Position numbers and translations under genes: made by a program
Shown here: positions 33,201 through 41,969 of the stretch, piece by piece
Layout: each line of letters begins with the position of its first letter
How positions within the stretch are numbered: the stretch's first letter is position 1
Source of the DNA: Leucoraja ocellata
Taxonomy: Eukaryota
NCBI GenBank assembly: GCA_036785375.1
Contig: JAWMAR010000007.1
Coordinates: forward strand, 124,001 to 188,000
Direction of reading: 5' to 3'
DNA: 64,000 nt
The notes under the pieces: model-generated
The model's input: the letters and a program-made list of their open reading frames with translations, nothing else
Told to the model about the DNA's origin: nothing
Databases searched by the model: none

Positions 33201-35635
33201 ATTTTTTCAGATAGTCACGGATTTGAAGATATTTAAAATATTGATGATTTTTCAAATTATATTTCAGTTGTAATTGTTGAAATGATAATAATTTTCCTAA
33301 TTCATACAAGTCTCCGAGCGTTTTGATTCCCATTCTTTCCCATTGTGTAAATGACTTATCTATAATTGAAGGTTTAAATGACGGGTTATTGACTATTGGC
33401 ATTAAAAGAGATAGATTTCTTAATTTTAGATTCTGTTTTATTTGTTTCCAAATTCTAATTGAATCATGGGATTTTTATTATAATTTTTGTTATTCAGACT
33501 CATTGGTGAGAGGAGAGTCGTTGCTGTATTACACGGAGAGCAGTCCTCTCTCTCCATTACAATCCAGTCCACCTGCTGGGCAGAATTGTCCAGCAGGTGA
33601 ATCATATTTTTAATATTTACTGCCCAATTATAGTACATAAAGTTAGGGAGCGCTAGACCACCCATCTCTTTTGGTTTACTAAGGTGTGCTCTTTGTATTC
33701 TGTTGGTTTTATAACCCCATAAAAAATTTGTAATGTCTGAATCTAGTTTTTTGAAAAACTTTTTTGGAAGATATATAGGTATTGATTGAAATAAATATAG
33801 GATTTGTGGTAAAAAGATCATTTTTATAACATTTATTCCACTTATTAAAGACATCGGGAGCGTTTTCCAGAATTTGATTAGATTATTTAGTTTCTTAAGT
33901 AAGGGGCTATAATTGGCATTAAACATAGCGTGATAATTTCTAGTGATTTCAATTCCTAAATATTTAAATTTTTCTGTGGCTATTTTAAAGGGGAATTTCA
34001 AGAGATTATGTTGAGTCTTTCGGTTTTATCGACATAATTTCACTACAGGTTCTATTAAATCTTTCCCCTCTCATCTTAAACCAGAGGGTCAACTTATTTC
34101 ACAAATGGAACAAGCTCCCAGAGAAGGTAGTTGAGGCAGGTACGATGTCAGCATTCAAAAGACACTTGGACGGGTAAACGGATAAGAAAGGTTTAGAGGG
34201 ATATGGTTCAAATGCAGGCAAATGGTACTAGCTAGATTGAGCATCTTGGTTGGCATGGGTGAGTTGGGTCGAAAGGCCTGTTTCTGTGCTGTACGACTCC
34301 AAGTGTTAATTTATATATCAGAGAAACTTAGTCTTTGTAAATTAATGGATTTGAAATTTGACATATTTGATAGAACACATTTTGCCAGATAATTTCAGTA
34401 GAAAATATGAAAATGCAAGGAGGCAAAGACAAAAGGTTATTGGCCAATGTAATATTATATTTATTACTTATTACTTAATAAACTGAGGATGCACAATGTA
34501 TAGTGTCCTCTTCATTGGAAACTGGTTTTAGAAAAACACAGCACTAACCTGTGAATTGACTTTCCGGAGCAAACAAGGCCAGAATCTTATACATCGTCTC
34601 ACCACCATAGAGTGGAACAAAAGCAATGGATGACAGACTCACTGGAATCTGTGTTCAAGAAACACATGTCAATTTGGCTATTAATACAATAAAAACAAAT
34701 CACCTCTTCTCACAAACCATTCTCGCTCAGACACGTCCATTAGCATGGATTTCTCCTTCCTGACTAGTACTTTACTCCAAAAATCAAGCCAGCATTTTAA
34801 ATCACCTTAGCAGGCAGATGCTGCTATAAGGTCAAAAGGTCCTTTTTAATGAGCAGCCATGTTCTCTCCTCCCTTGTACCTTTATTTGCTTCTTAAAATG
34901 TTGTTCACACCAAACCTTTCCCAGTCTGATTATTTATCATCAATCTGAAGCATTGTCCACGTGATAGGAGCAGAATTAGGCCATTTGGTCCATCAAGTCT
35001 ACACCATTCAATCATGGCTGATCTCTCTCTTCCTCCTAGCCCCATTCTCCTGCATCCTCCCCTCCCATAACTCTTGACACCCGCACTAATCAAGAACATT
35101 GATTTCCATTTCCATTTTAGATTTATAGCATCATGATCCTGATCACATTGAATGGCAGTGCTGGCTCGAAGGGTCGAATGGCCTACTCCTGCACCTATTG
35201 TCTATTGTCTATTGTGGACACCCAATCAATCACACTGACAACTAAGGAGATTTGTGGCTGACAGCAGGAAAAAAAAAATGAAGGGTAGAAGCACTCAAGT
35301 GCTGGAAATGTGATGCAACTAAATGTGAACGGTGAGACAAATGTTTGGTACGGGTTTCCTGTACCCTTAGTCAGGATCGAACCCAGGTCTCAGGCACCGC
35401 AAGACAGCAACTCTACCGTTGCCACACTCTGCCGCCCCTGCTGAGAATTTCCAGCACAATAAGCTTGTGTTTAAATCTCTAGATGTGCTATGTCTTGTAC
35501 CTTCCTTCTGTTGGGTAGTGTGAAATACTCCAGCTTGTCAGGGTCACCAAAGAGCAGGCTGGACATGTATTCCTCTGCTGAATGCTCAATATCTTCATAG
35601 TCCAGCTCGGCGAGCAGATCCACTGGGAATGCCAT
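2668..35635 (-). CDS. FAM169A: FAM169A / soluble lamin-associated protein of 75 kDa (SLAP75), spliced CDS, 12 coding exons, 841 aa
   Basis: Exons: 35635-35501, 34648-34549, 30933-30848, 29032-28861, 24494-24315, 22895-22767, 17394-17261, 16379-16325, 7567-7426, 6452-6305, 5459-4770, 3222-2668. They sum to 2526 nt with consistent phases and GT-AG ends. N-terminus MAFPVD..., middle GERIVLYILNRIIYR and LLWEVEGVGH, and C-terminus VDSSSEEMETEVPVMDRRNLRRKVKG match vertebrate FAM169A as recalled. Confidence 0.95.
3380..3790 (-). mobile_element. Old Penelope-like element 3' fragment
   Basis: PLE terminal sequence at 3380-3500, purine-rich spacer, and endonuclease C-terminal remnant at 3755-3790 resembling 57680-57720. 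Confidence 0.65.
4080..4220. repeat. (GA)-rich simple repeat
   Basis: Purine-only tract; other microsatellites are (CA)n at 50752-50795 and (GA)n at 60016-60052. Confidence 0.9.
4770..5459 (-). CDS. FAM169A: FAM169A coding exon 11, acidic low-complexity region with internal tandem repeat
   Basis: 690 nt open frame, acceptor aatttag, donor gtactg, phase 0 to 0. Confidence 0.85.
4888..5073 (-). repeat. Coding tandem repeat, about 42-nt unit (KMEEEDSIKMEDxT)
   Basis: Repeated ctccattttgattgaatcctcctcctccattttggtt on the + strand, about 4.5 units. Confidence 0.9.
5775..6265 (+). mobile_element. CR1 3' fragments
   Basis: RTRGHSPRIKG...FFSQRVVNL plus repeated 3' UTR. Confidence 0.8.
6305..6452 (-). 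CDS. FAM169A: FAM169A coding exon 10 (SEPTTDRTEEALEIT...QPDGDE)
   Basis: 148 nt, acceptor tttttcag, donor gtaatt, phase 2 to 0. Confidence 0.85.
6700..7130 (-). mobile_element. CR1 3' fragment, second subfamily
   Basis: LGLYSLERRRMRGELIEVYKIM. Confidence 0.82.
7426..7567 (-). CDS. FAM169A: FAM169A coding exon 9 (ELTRPPVAKRGRHFQSKHSKEEKRNIELEQRCLTSEEEVVVPKDELN)
   Basis: 142 nt, acceptor ttgcttccag, donor gtattt, phase 1 to 2. Confidence 0.8.
8182..8385 (+). repeat. 5' LTR of Gypsy element 1
   Basis: About 15 substitutions versus the 3' LTR by hand count; contains AATAAA. Confidence 0.95.
8386..8395 (+). promoter_or_regulatory. Primer-binding site, tRNA-Leu type
   Basis: tggtgtcaga directly after the 5' LTR, complementary to a tRNA-Leu 3' end (...tctgacacca). 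Confidence 0.7.
8477..12500 (+). pseudogene. Disrupted gag-pol of Gypsy element 1
   Basis: ORF pieces 8399-8992, 9253-9735, 9872-11173, 11374-11577, 11617-12156, 12214-12579; RT site reads IVDH instead of IVDD. Confidence 0.92.
12575..12778 (+). repeat. 3' LTR of Gypsy element 1
   Basis: Direct repeat of 8182-8385. Confidence 0.95.
12845..13145 (-). mobile_element. LINE 3' end with (TATCG)n tail nested in an HE1 SINE; plus-strand relative at about 25500-25670
   Basis: tttcccaggagggaaattgatctgccaacagtcataaa is the reverse complement of about 25610-25650. Confidence 0.7.
14185..14885 (+). mobile_element. Old CR1 LINE fragment
   Basis: LYKATVRPHLEY, GLYSLEFRR, RTRGHSL. Confidence 0.85.
15888..16207 (-). 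mobile_element. HE1-type SINE, full length
   Basis: Same consensus with (CTAAA)n tail. Confidence 0.88.
16325..16379 (-). CDS. FAM169A: FAM169A coding exon 8 (AESNANQELPSVSTILSE)
   Basis: 55 nt, strong acceptor ttctttcag and donor gtgagt, phase 0 to 1. Confidence 0.75.
16505..17035. mobile_element. Adjacent CR1 fragments in opposite orientations
   Basis: Plus-strand C-terminus at 16505-16745, then minus-strand 3' UTR and ORF pieces. Confidence 0.78.
17261..17394 (-). CDS. FAM169A: FAM169A coding exon 7, predicted (GTDISQEDEQGSVGGESSSLVLTETESGSQLPGHVKKQLNLTELP)
   Basis: 134 nt, phase 1 to 0, bridges exons 6 and 8; donor gtaggt; the acceptor is the rarer GAG type. Confidence 0.65.
17900..18510 (+). 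mobile_element. CR1/HER1 LINE 3' fragment
   Basis: YRALVRPHLEYCVQFWSP...RTRGHSLRI...FFTQRVVNLWN plus 3' UTR. Confidence 0.9.
19390..19905 (+). mobile_element. CR1/HER1 LINE 3' fragment
   Basis: ORF 19422-19817 is the CR1 C-terminus; ttctatgtttctat tail. Confidence 0.9.
21452..21670. repeat. Self-complementary PLE-derived element (inverted terminal segments)
   Basis: Arms of about 90 bp at 21487-21580 and 21584-21670 are reverse complements. Confidence 0.85.
21928..22555 (-). mobile_element. CR1/HER1 LINE 3' fragment
   Basis: Reverse complement of the CR1 C-terminus and 3' UTR. Confidence 0.88.
22767..22895 (-). CDS. FAM169A: FAM169A coding exon 6 (VCQKYLNNYPDDRNLLWEVEGVGHPFQRNLIADRLLAQISPVE)
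   Basis: 129 nt, acceptor tttag, donor gtaatg; conserved LLWEVEGVGH. Confidence 0.95.
24315..24494 (-). CDS. FAM169A: FAM169A coding exon 5 (SKCQAFLTRCYRLPVLDTIFVRKKHRGKGYGLQMLEDFVDCFTEEALGLRYPLSPSMYA)
   Basis: 180 nt, acceptor ctatag, donor gtaaaa. Confidence 0.95.
24645..24935 (+). mobile_element. HE1-type SINE
   Basis: A and B boxes, V core. Confidence 0.85.
24938..25220 (-). mobile_element. HE1-type SINE, tail-to-tail with the preceding copy
   Basis: Reverse complement of the HE1 consensus. Confidence 0.85.
26417..26430. promoter_or_regulatory. RFX X-box (GTTGCCATGGCAAC)
   Basis: Perfect palindromic consensus in apparently unique intronic DNA. Confidence 0.6.
26870..27335 (+). mobile_element. 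Rex1/Babar-type LINE 3' end
   Basis: KASSIIKDESHPGHSFFSPLLSGERYRS...RFKDSFFP. Confidence 0.82.
27355..28830 (-). mobile_element. CR1/HER1 LINE, 5'-truncated, RT domain plus 3' UTR
   Basis: FQKAFDKVPH, QGSVLGP, INDL, KLADD, LYRALVRPHLEYCVQFWSP and GLYSLEFRR; frameshifted. Confidence 0.93.
28861..29032 (-). CDS. FAM169A: FAM169A coding exon 4 (VTSLGERIVLYILNRIIYR...AIGFYSIKPTG)
   Basis: 172 nt, acceptor cag, donor gtatgt; lies within ORF 28853..29158. Confidence 0.95.
29448..29861. mobile_element. PIF/Harbinger-like MITE
   Basis: TIRs agggcctgtcccactttcac and gtgaaagtgggaccggccct; TAA duplicated at 29445-29447 and 29862-29864. Confidence 0.85.
30848..30933 (-). CDS. FAM169A: FAM169A coding exon 3 (AVALYLADRWWAIDDVIKTAESSRQGLQQ)
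   Basis: 86 nt, acceptor ttttccag, donor gtaaat; conserved VALYLADxWWAIDD. Confidence 0.95.
31260..31620 (+). mobile_element. CR1 3' end with (TTTCTATG)n tail
   Basis: DAGKMFPML...RTRGHSL; 8-nt tandem tail. Confidence 0.88.
31680..32008 (-). mobile_element. HE1-type SINE
   Basis: Consensus match; other copies near 13150-13340, 18830-19085, 19970-20200, 23470-24050, 26470-26705, 29120-29300, 30243-30492, 40320-40585, 49945-50090 and 58105-58325. Confidence 0.85.
32168..34043 (-). mobile_element. 5'-truncated L1-clade LINE (ORF2 C-terminal part, 3' UTR, poly(A))
   Basis: FKYLGI, GGLALPN and zinc finger CDKC...H...C; poly(A) with AATAAA; 10-bp TSD tacaggttct at 32158-32167 and 34044-34053. 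Confidence 0.92.
34549..34648 (-). CDS. FAM169A: FAM169A coding exon 2 (IPVSLSSIAFVPLYGGETMYKILALFAPESQFT)
   Basis: 100 nt, acceptor cag, donor gttagt; conserved FVPLYGG and KILALFAPE. Confidence 0.95.
35501..35635 (-). CDS. FAM169A: FAM169A coding exon 1 (MAFPVDLLAELDYEDIEHSAEEYMSSLLFGDPDKLEYFTLPNRRK)
   Basis: Acceptor cag|ggATG, donor gtacaa, 135 nt, ends phase 0. The acceptor implies an upstream non-coding exon. Confidence 0.95.
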
Positions 35636-36465
35636 CCCTGCCACACAAGGAGAAAAGACATCAATACAGTTAGTGTAGGTGCTGGTTTAAATAGACACAA
35701 AATGCTGGGGCAACTCAGAGGGACAGGCAGTATCTCTGGAGAGACGGAATGGTTGATGTTTCACGTCGGGACCCTTCTTCAGACAACAATAGAGTTGTCT
35801 TTTTGCAGCAGCATCTTTCAGATACCCCAGTCATTTCCTTCCTGTACCGATTGTTAAATGCTTTGATGAAAATCGTAATCTATCTGTAGCAGGAACTGGG
35901 ATTCTCGCCACAATTTGTTGTTTTATCATCATTCAGAATGGTCCTTCTAAAGCTAGGATTCTGTCCCATTGCAGACATTAGACTGTGCTATAGAACTGAT
36001 GCATTACAATGCTGAGACTATAGTCTACACTCTGTGTCTTCCCCTTTGCTCCAAACCAAGTTTGACTCCAATGTATTTACGTCTACATGTCCACCACTGA
36101 TTTTCTGTTCCCCTTGGTTCCAGAACCTTGCTGTATTAACTGTTTTGCTGGACCAACAGTGGCCACAGCCTTGTGGGGGTCCGAGATTCCGGCCCACACA
36201 GTCGGCCGTGGAAGTCAGCTAAGGGATTGGATCTGCCAGCTCCAGCCAGGCTGGAGTTCCAGAGCCCCAGCCGCATGGAGCAAATTCGACCCAGCGATCG
36301 GCACGGAGGTCCCGATGAAGTAGAGCGGCCACGTAACCCGGCCTGGGCACCATTTTGAGGGGACTTCTAGGTGGGGGGGGGTGATTTCAAGTGCGCTCTC
36401 GTAATTTTGTCTGGATTAAAAGGAGGTGCCGGACCACCAGTTGCCGGGGAAGAAGTAAGTAAAGA

Positions 36466-36856
36466 AGGGGCCTGTCCCACGAGCATGCGACTCCATGCGG
36501 CAAGCGCGACCTAAAGCCCTAGCCGCCTCGACGCCGTACACACGGAGGTCGAGTGAGTGACGTGCAGTTCGAGCGAAGTCCGACGGACGTACGGCCTCAA
36601 TGCGGCTGCAGACCGGCAGGCCGTTGCCGCGCGGAATTTTTGAACACGGCAATTTTTCGGAGCCCTGCGCAATGTCGGGACCAGCTCCGCACAACTCCAT
36701 ATGGCTCCAGCAATCGAAGTGGGACCGGCTCCGACAGGCCGTACGGCTCAAGCGACCACGTTAGGTCCCGCTTGCCGCATGCAGGCGCATGCTGGTGGGA
36801 CAGGCCCTTTTGGTTGCGCTTGCCGCATGGAGTCGCATGCTTGTGGGACAGGCTCT
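36466..36856. mobile_element. PIF/Harbinger-like MITE, same family, with an extra internal TIR
   Basis: TIRs as above; additional gtgggacaggccct near 36795-36808. Confidence 0.82.
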
Positions 36857-37269
36857 TAAGTAATTTTTATTTATATAGCACTTTTAAATCAAATCAAATC
36901 AAAGTGCTTTACAGAGAAGAAATTAGATTACCATACATTCATATAAAATAACAAATAAAAAGAAACAAAAAAAGTGGTGGACCTGTAGTATTATACGCTC
37001 TGATTGGATTGCATATGAAACAAAGCTTGTAACTGTACCTCGCCACACATGACAATAATAAACCTTAACCCAAACCTAATCTCTAATTACTATTGGAATA
37101 TTAAAAATAGTATTGGATAAATTAATGGAACAGAAAGACAATAAATCGCCTGGTGACCTGTATTGGGGGATTTTGTCAGTCACAGCTGTGGAAATACTCG
37201 AAGTACCGGTTGTCAAAATTCTGTAGATTCTCGAAATGTTCTCGCAGATTGGAAGATATCAGTAACCCC

Positions 37270-37550
37270 ACTCTTTCATATGGAGTTGTGCGGAGCTGGT
37301 CCCGACATCGCGTGGGGCTCCGGAAAACTGACCGTGTTCAAAAATTCCGTGTGGCAAAGGCCTGCCGGCCCGCAGCCGCCTCGACGCCGTACACACCGCC
37401 TCAACGGGCATACGCAGCGTCTTGACACCGTACTTCACGTGCAGACTTCGCTCGAACTTCACGTCACTCACTCGACCTCTGCGCGGCCCCCGCTTCCGGT
37501 TTGGTCGCGCTTGCAGCATGCACGTCGCAGGCTCGTGGGACAGGCCCTTT
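37270..37550. mobile_element. Partial inverted copy of the same Harbinger-like MITE
   Basis: Reverse complement of about 39000-39285; ends ctcgtgggacaggcccttta. Confidence 0.78.
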
Positions 37551-37685
37551 AGTTAGCCAGGCACGCGTGTACCGAGTTTAATTATCGTTTTTGTTTGCCA
37601 ATAAAAATTATTTAACTCAATCTGGGTAGACAAAATTGCTGGAGAAGCTCAGCGGGTGAGGCAGCATCTATGGAGCGAAGGAAAT

Positions 37686-37720
37686 AGGCAACGTTTCGGG
37701 CCGAAACCCTTCTTCAGACG
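37686..37720 (-). ncRNA. Minimal hammerhead motif in a PLE terminal fragment (37625-37720)
   Basis: Minus strand reads CTGAAGA-a-gggtttcggccc-GAAAC-GTT. Confidence 0.55.
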
Positions 37721-38244
37721 ACCGTTCCTAACTCAACCTACCTGTCTCGTTAAAGAATAAACTTTGTGGGCTGAATGGCCTAATTCTGCTCCAACAACTT
37801 ATAAACGTATGTTTGGCACAGACATTGTTGGCCAATGGGCCTATTTTTGTGTTGAACTATTCTGTGTTTCATGTTCTAAATCCCTGCTGGTTTCTTGATT
37901 GTGAATGGCTTTACATTTCAGATTGGCTTAAGTTTCCATCTAATACCCCAACACAACCTAACCAGACATTTAAGAATAATGTACCGAAGAAGTGCTAAAT
38001 TGTTGTATGTATATATCTTTTATACAAAGCATTACATTTCAGCCCTCTCTGCCCATTCAATTAGACACAGGGGTTTCCACAAGACTTAAATCTAGAGAAC
38101 TAGAGGTCTCCATCAAGTGGCATTAAAAAAATCCCATCAGCTTCTCATTCACCCCATTACTATCAGAGAGACAATCGGCTCAAACTAACACCAACATTTC
38201 GACGGCAGCACAGTGTCGCAGCTGGAAGTGCTGCCCTTGAACAT

Positions 38245-38700
38245 CCACAGGTGTACGATAGAGAGCATATTGACGTTGCATCACGGCCTGGTTCGGCAAC
38301 TCGAATGCTCAGGAGCGATGAAGACTGCCAAAAGTTGTGAGCACTGCCCAGTCCATCACCTGCTCTGACCTCCCCACCATCGAAGGGATTTACCAGAGTC
38401 GCAGCCTCAAAAAGGCAGCCAGCATCATCAGAGACCCACACCACCCTGGCCACACACTCATTTCACACCTGCCATCAGGAAGAAGGTGCAGGAGCCTGAA
38501 AACTGTAATATCCAGGTACAGGAGCAGCTTCTTCCATGCAGCCATCAGGCTATTAAACACTACACCTCCAAATAAGCTCAAAACTACATGGACTTGGGGG
38601 TCATCGCCTTTGTCTTTTTGCACGATTGTTTTGTGTGTGTGAGTACATACAGAAGTTCTTTGTTATATTATATTATTTACAGAGTACTACATTTACATTT
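38245..38700 (+). mobile_element. Rex1/Babar-type LINE 3' end
   Basis: KKAASIIRDPHHPGHTLISHLPSGRR. Confidence 0.82.
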
Positions 38701-38894
38701 CACAAAAAGGAATGGGTGACATTTCAGGTCGAGGCCCTTCTTCTGACCCGAAACGTCACCCATTCCTTCTCTCCAGAGATATTGCCTTTCCTGCTGAGCT
38801 ACTCCAGCTTTTTGTGTCTATCTTCGGTTTAAACCAGCATCTGCAGTTCCTTTCTATACTATATTTACATTTTCCATTGTGCTTCTGCGAGTAA

Positions 38895-39387
38895 AGGGCC
38901 TGTCCCACGAGCATGCGACTGCATGCGATAAGCGCAAACCAGAAGCGGGGGCCTCGCGGATGTCGAGTGATCCCCGTACAGGGCCTGTCCCACCTGCACA
39001 CGGCGAGCGAGACCAAACCTGAAGCGGGGGTCGCGCGGAGGTCGAGTGATCCCGTACGAGTTGACGTGAAGTTCGAGCGAAGTCCGCGGAAAGTTTGCGC
39101 TAGGCATACACTGTCAAGACGATGCGTACGGCGTCGAGATGGTGCGCACGCCCGTCGAGGCGGTGTGTATGGCCTCAATGCGGCTGCGGGCCGGCAGACC
39201 GTTGCCGCGCGGACTTTTTGAACAGTGTCAGTTTTTCAGAGCCCCGCGCGATGTCGGAACCAGCTCCGCACAACTCCATACAGCTCCGACGATCGAAGTG
39301 GGACCGGCCCCGCGAGGCCGTACGGCTCAAGCGACCATGTTAGGTCGCACTTGCCTCATGCAGTCGCATGCTCGTGGGACAGGCCTT
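38895..39387. mobile_element. PIF/Harbinger-like MITE, CpG-rich family
   Basis: About 30-bp TIRs agggcctgtcccacgagcatgcgactgcatg and catgcagtcgcatgctcgtgggacaggcctt; TAA/TAG flanks. Confidence 0.85.
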
Positions 39388-39952
39388 TAGAATGTCATTG
39401 TTCTATTTGGGTCATATAACAATAAAACACTCTTGACACTTGTCCCACAGCACCACAGATCAGCGTTCAATCCTGACCTTGTGTGCGTGGAGTTTGCACC
39501 TTCTCCCTGTCGACCACACGGCTTGCTCCGGTTTTCACCCACATCCCAAAGATGTGCGGGTCCGTGCATTAATTGGCCTCTGTACAATTGCCCATGGCGT
39601 AGGGTGCGATGAGAAAGTGGGATAACATAGAACCAGTGTGAGCTGGTGATCAGTGTGAGAGATGATACAATCTGTACCAATAACAAGTCAAACGAAGGAA
39701 TTGTTGGATATCCATGTTTGTTGATGACACAAAACTATTTAATTTTCCATTACTTCAATTATCCCGTGCAGTTTTGGAAGCAAATGCAAAAAGGATCTCA
39801 CGGTCAGTACTGCGATAGAGGAACAGAAAGTTGGTTTTGTTGGTGCTGGTTGAGTTCAACTTCTGATCAGGAGTATTTCCAAACAAATGACAATAAAACA
39901 CCCTGGACTTATAACTACTGGAAGAATTGCTCAGCTCTCCATTAAACTGTGC

Positions 39953-40282
39953 GGGACGGCATGGTGGTGCAGCGATAGAGTTGCTGCCTTAAAGCGCTAG
40001 AGACCCAGGTTCGATCCTGACTACGGGTGCTTTCTGTAGAGGGTTTGTACGTTTTCCGTGACCGTGTGGGTTTTCTCCGGGTGCTCCGGTTTCCTCCCAC
40101 ACTCCGAAGACGTACAGGTTTGTAGGTTAATTGGCTTTGGTAAGAAATAAAAAACCATAAATTATCCCTGGTGTGCAAGATAGTGCTAGTGTGATCGATG
40201 GCCGGCGTGGACTCGGTGATCGATGGCCGGCGTGGACTCGGTGGGCCGAAGGGCCTGTTTCCGTGCTGTAGATCGCTAAAGT
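39953..40282 (+). mobile_element. HE1-type tRNA-derived V-SINE, near full length
   Basis: A box tggtgcagcgatag, B box ggttcgatcc, V core gggttttctccgggtgctccggtttcctcccaca, CR1-like 3' end; internal 25-bp duplication at 40191-40240. Confidence 0.88.
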
Positions 40283-41969
40283 CTGAGGTCTTAACAATTG
40301 ATTGAAAGATACAGCATTAAAGCAGGCCCTTCAGCCCAACAATTGCATACCAATAATCATTCAACAGTTCAGTCTTATCTTATGTCATCCCCACTTCCTA
40401 CACTCTAAGGGACAATTTTAATGGAGGCTAATTAACCTACAAACCCCACATGTCTGTGGGATGTGGGAGGAAACTCAGGCAGTCACTAGGAGAACGTGCA
40501 AACACCACACAAACAGAACCCGAGATCGGGATGGAGTCCAGGTCTGTGACAGTGTGAGGCAGCAGCTCCACCAGCTGCACCACTGTACTCCACCAGGTTT
40601 GAACACTGCACTAAATCCACAGAAACATAGGAAATAGGTGAAGGAGTAGGTCATTTGGTCCTTCAAGCCAGCACCGCAATTCAATATTATCAGGGCTGAT
40701 CATCCAAAATCAGTACCACGTTCCAGCTTTTTCCCCCATATCCCTCGATTCCCTCAGCCCTAAGAACTAAATCTAACTCTCCCTTGAAAACACATCTCAT
40801 ATTGAGCGTTAGTATGTATTCCCAGTTACATCCACGATTATTCATGGTCGCATCACTTGTGTCTGTGTGGGTTTAAAGTAATGCTTTAGAGACAAAACGT
40901 TCTGAGGGTCACGATCGAAACCTAGAAGATTAAAACAGATCAGAAAAGTCGAGACGGGGAGATCAGAGAAATGAAACAAGCCCTTAGGCCCAATGTGTCC
41001 ACGTTGACCATCAATCACCCCAATACTATTTCTACATTATCCCACGTTTGCATCTCACAGACCAGGGGCATTTTTACAGAAGCTAATTAACCTACAAGCC
41101 TGCACATCTTTGGGATGTGGGAGGAAATCGGAGCACCCGGAGAAAAGCCATGGGGAGAACGTACAAAATCCATAGAGGTAGCCCTCATAGTCGGGATCAA
41201 AAGGCTTGGATAGAGTGGATGTGGAGAGGTTGCTTCCACTACTGGGAGAGTCTAGGACGAGAGATCATGGCCTCAGAATTAAAGGGCGTTCCTTTAGGAA
41301 GTAGATGAGGAGGAATTTCTTTAGTCAGAGGGAGGCTGTGGAGAACAAGTCAGTGGATATATTTAAGGCAGGAATAAGTAGATTCGTGATTAGTACGGGT
41401 GTCAGGGGTTATGGGGAGAAGGCACGAGGATGGGGTTGAGAGGGAGAGAAAGATCAGCCGTGATTGAATGGCGGAGTAGACGTGATGGGCCGAATGGCCT
41501 AATTCCACTCCTATCACTTATGAACCTGGGTCCTTGGAGCTGTGTGGCAGCAGCCCCACCCAACATTCCCACTACATGTTAAACAAACAGAGCAGGAATG
41601 TGGAGCACCTGTGATGAATCTAGGCCGTTTAGACTATACATTTTGTGACCGTGTCTTTTCTTTTTGCGGCCAACTGTGCAAGCAAGTCTGATGCGCCACT
41701 CATCCGCACAACGCAGCTGTCATTTTAAATAGAGCTCACCCATTCGAGTGCACTCGAGTTCCAGCTGCTATTAGTTGAAGAATGTGTGGGGCGAGTGGAG
41801 GGAATATTGCTAGGGGCACACTCACACACTCACACACACAACCCGCAATCACTCGGGCAGAAAGGCTGCGTACACAAGGACAATGCAAAATGCCGCGCAA
41901 CAAGCAACAGGGAAAACCAACACGCAGGCCCCAGTTCCTAGAGTCAGAGCAGATCGAGGGGCCGTAACG

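Noticed and set aside
39953-40030. tRNA gene
   Set aside because: The A and B boxes belong to the tRNA-derived head of an HE1 SINE.
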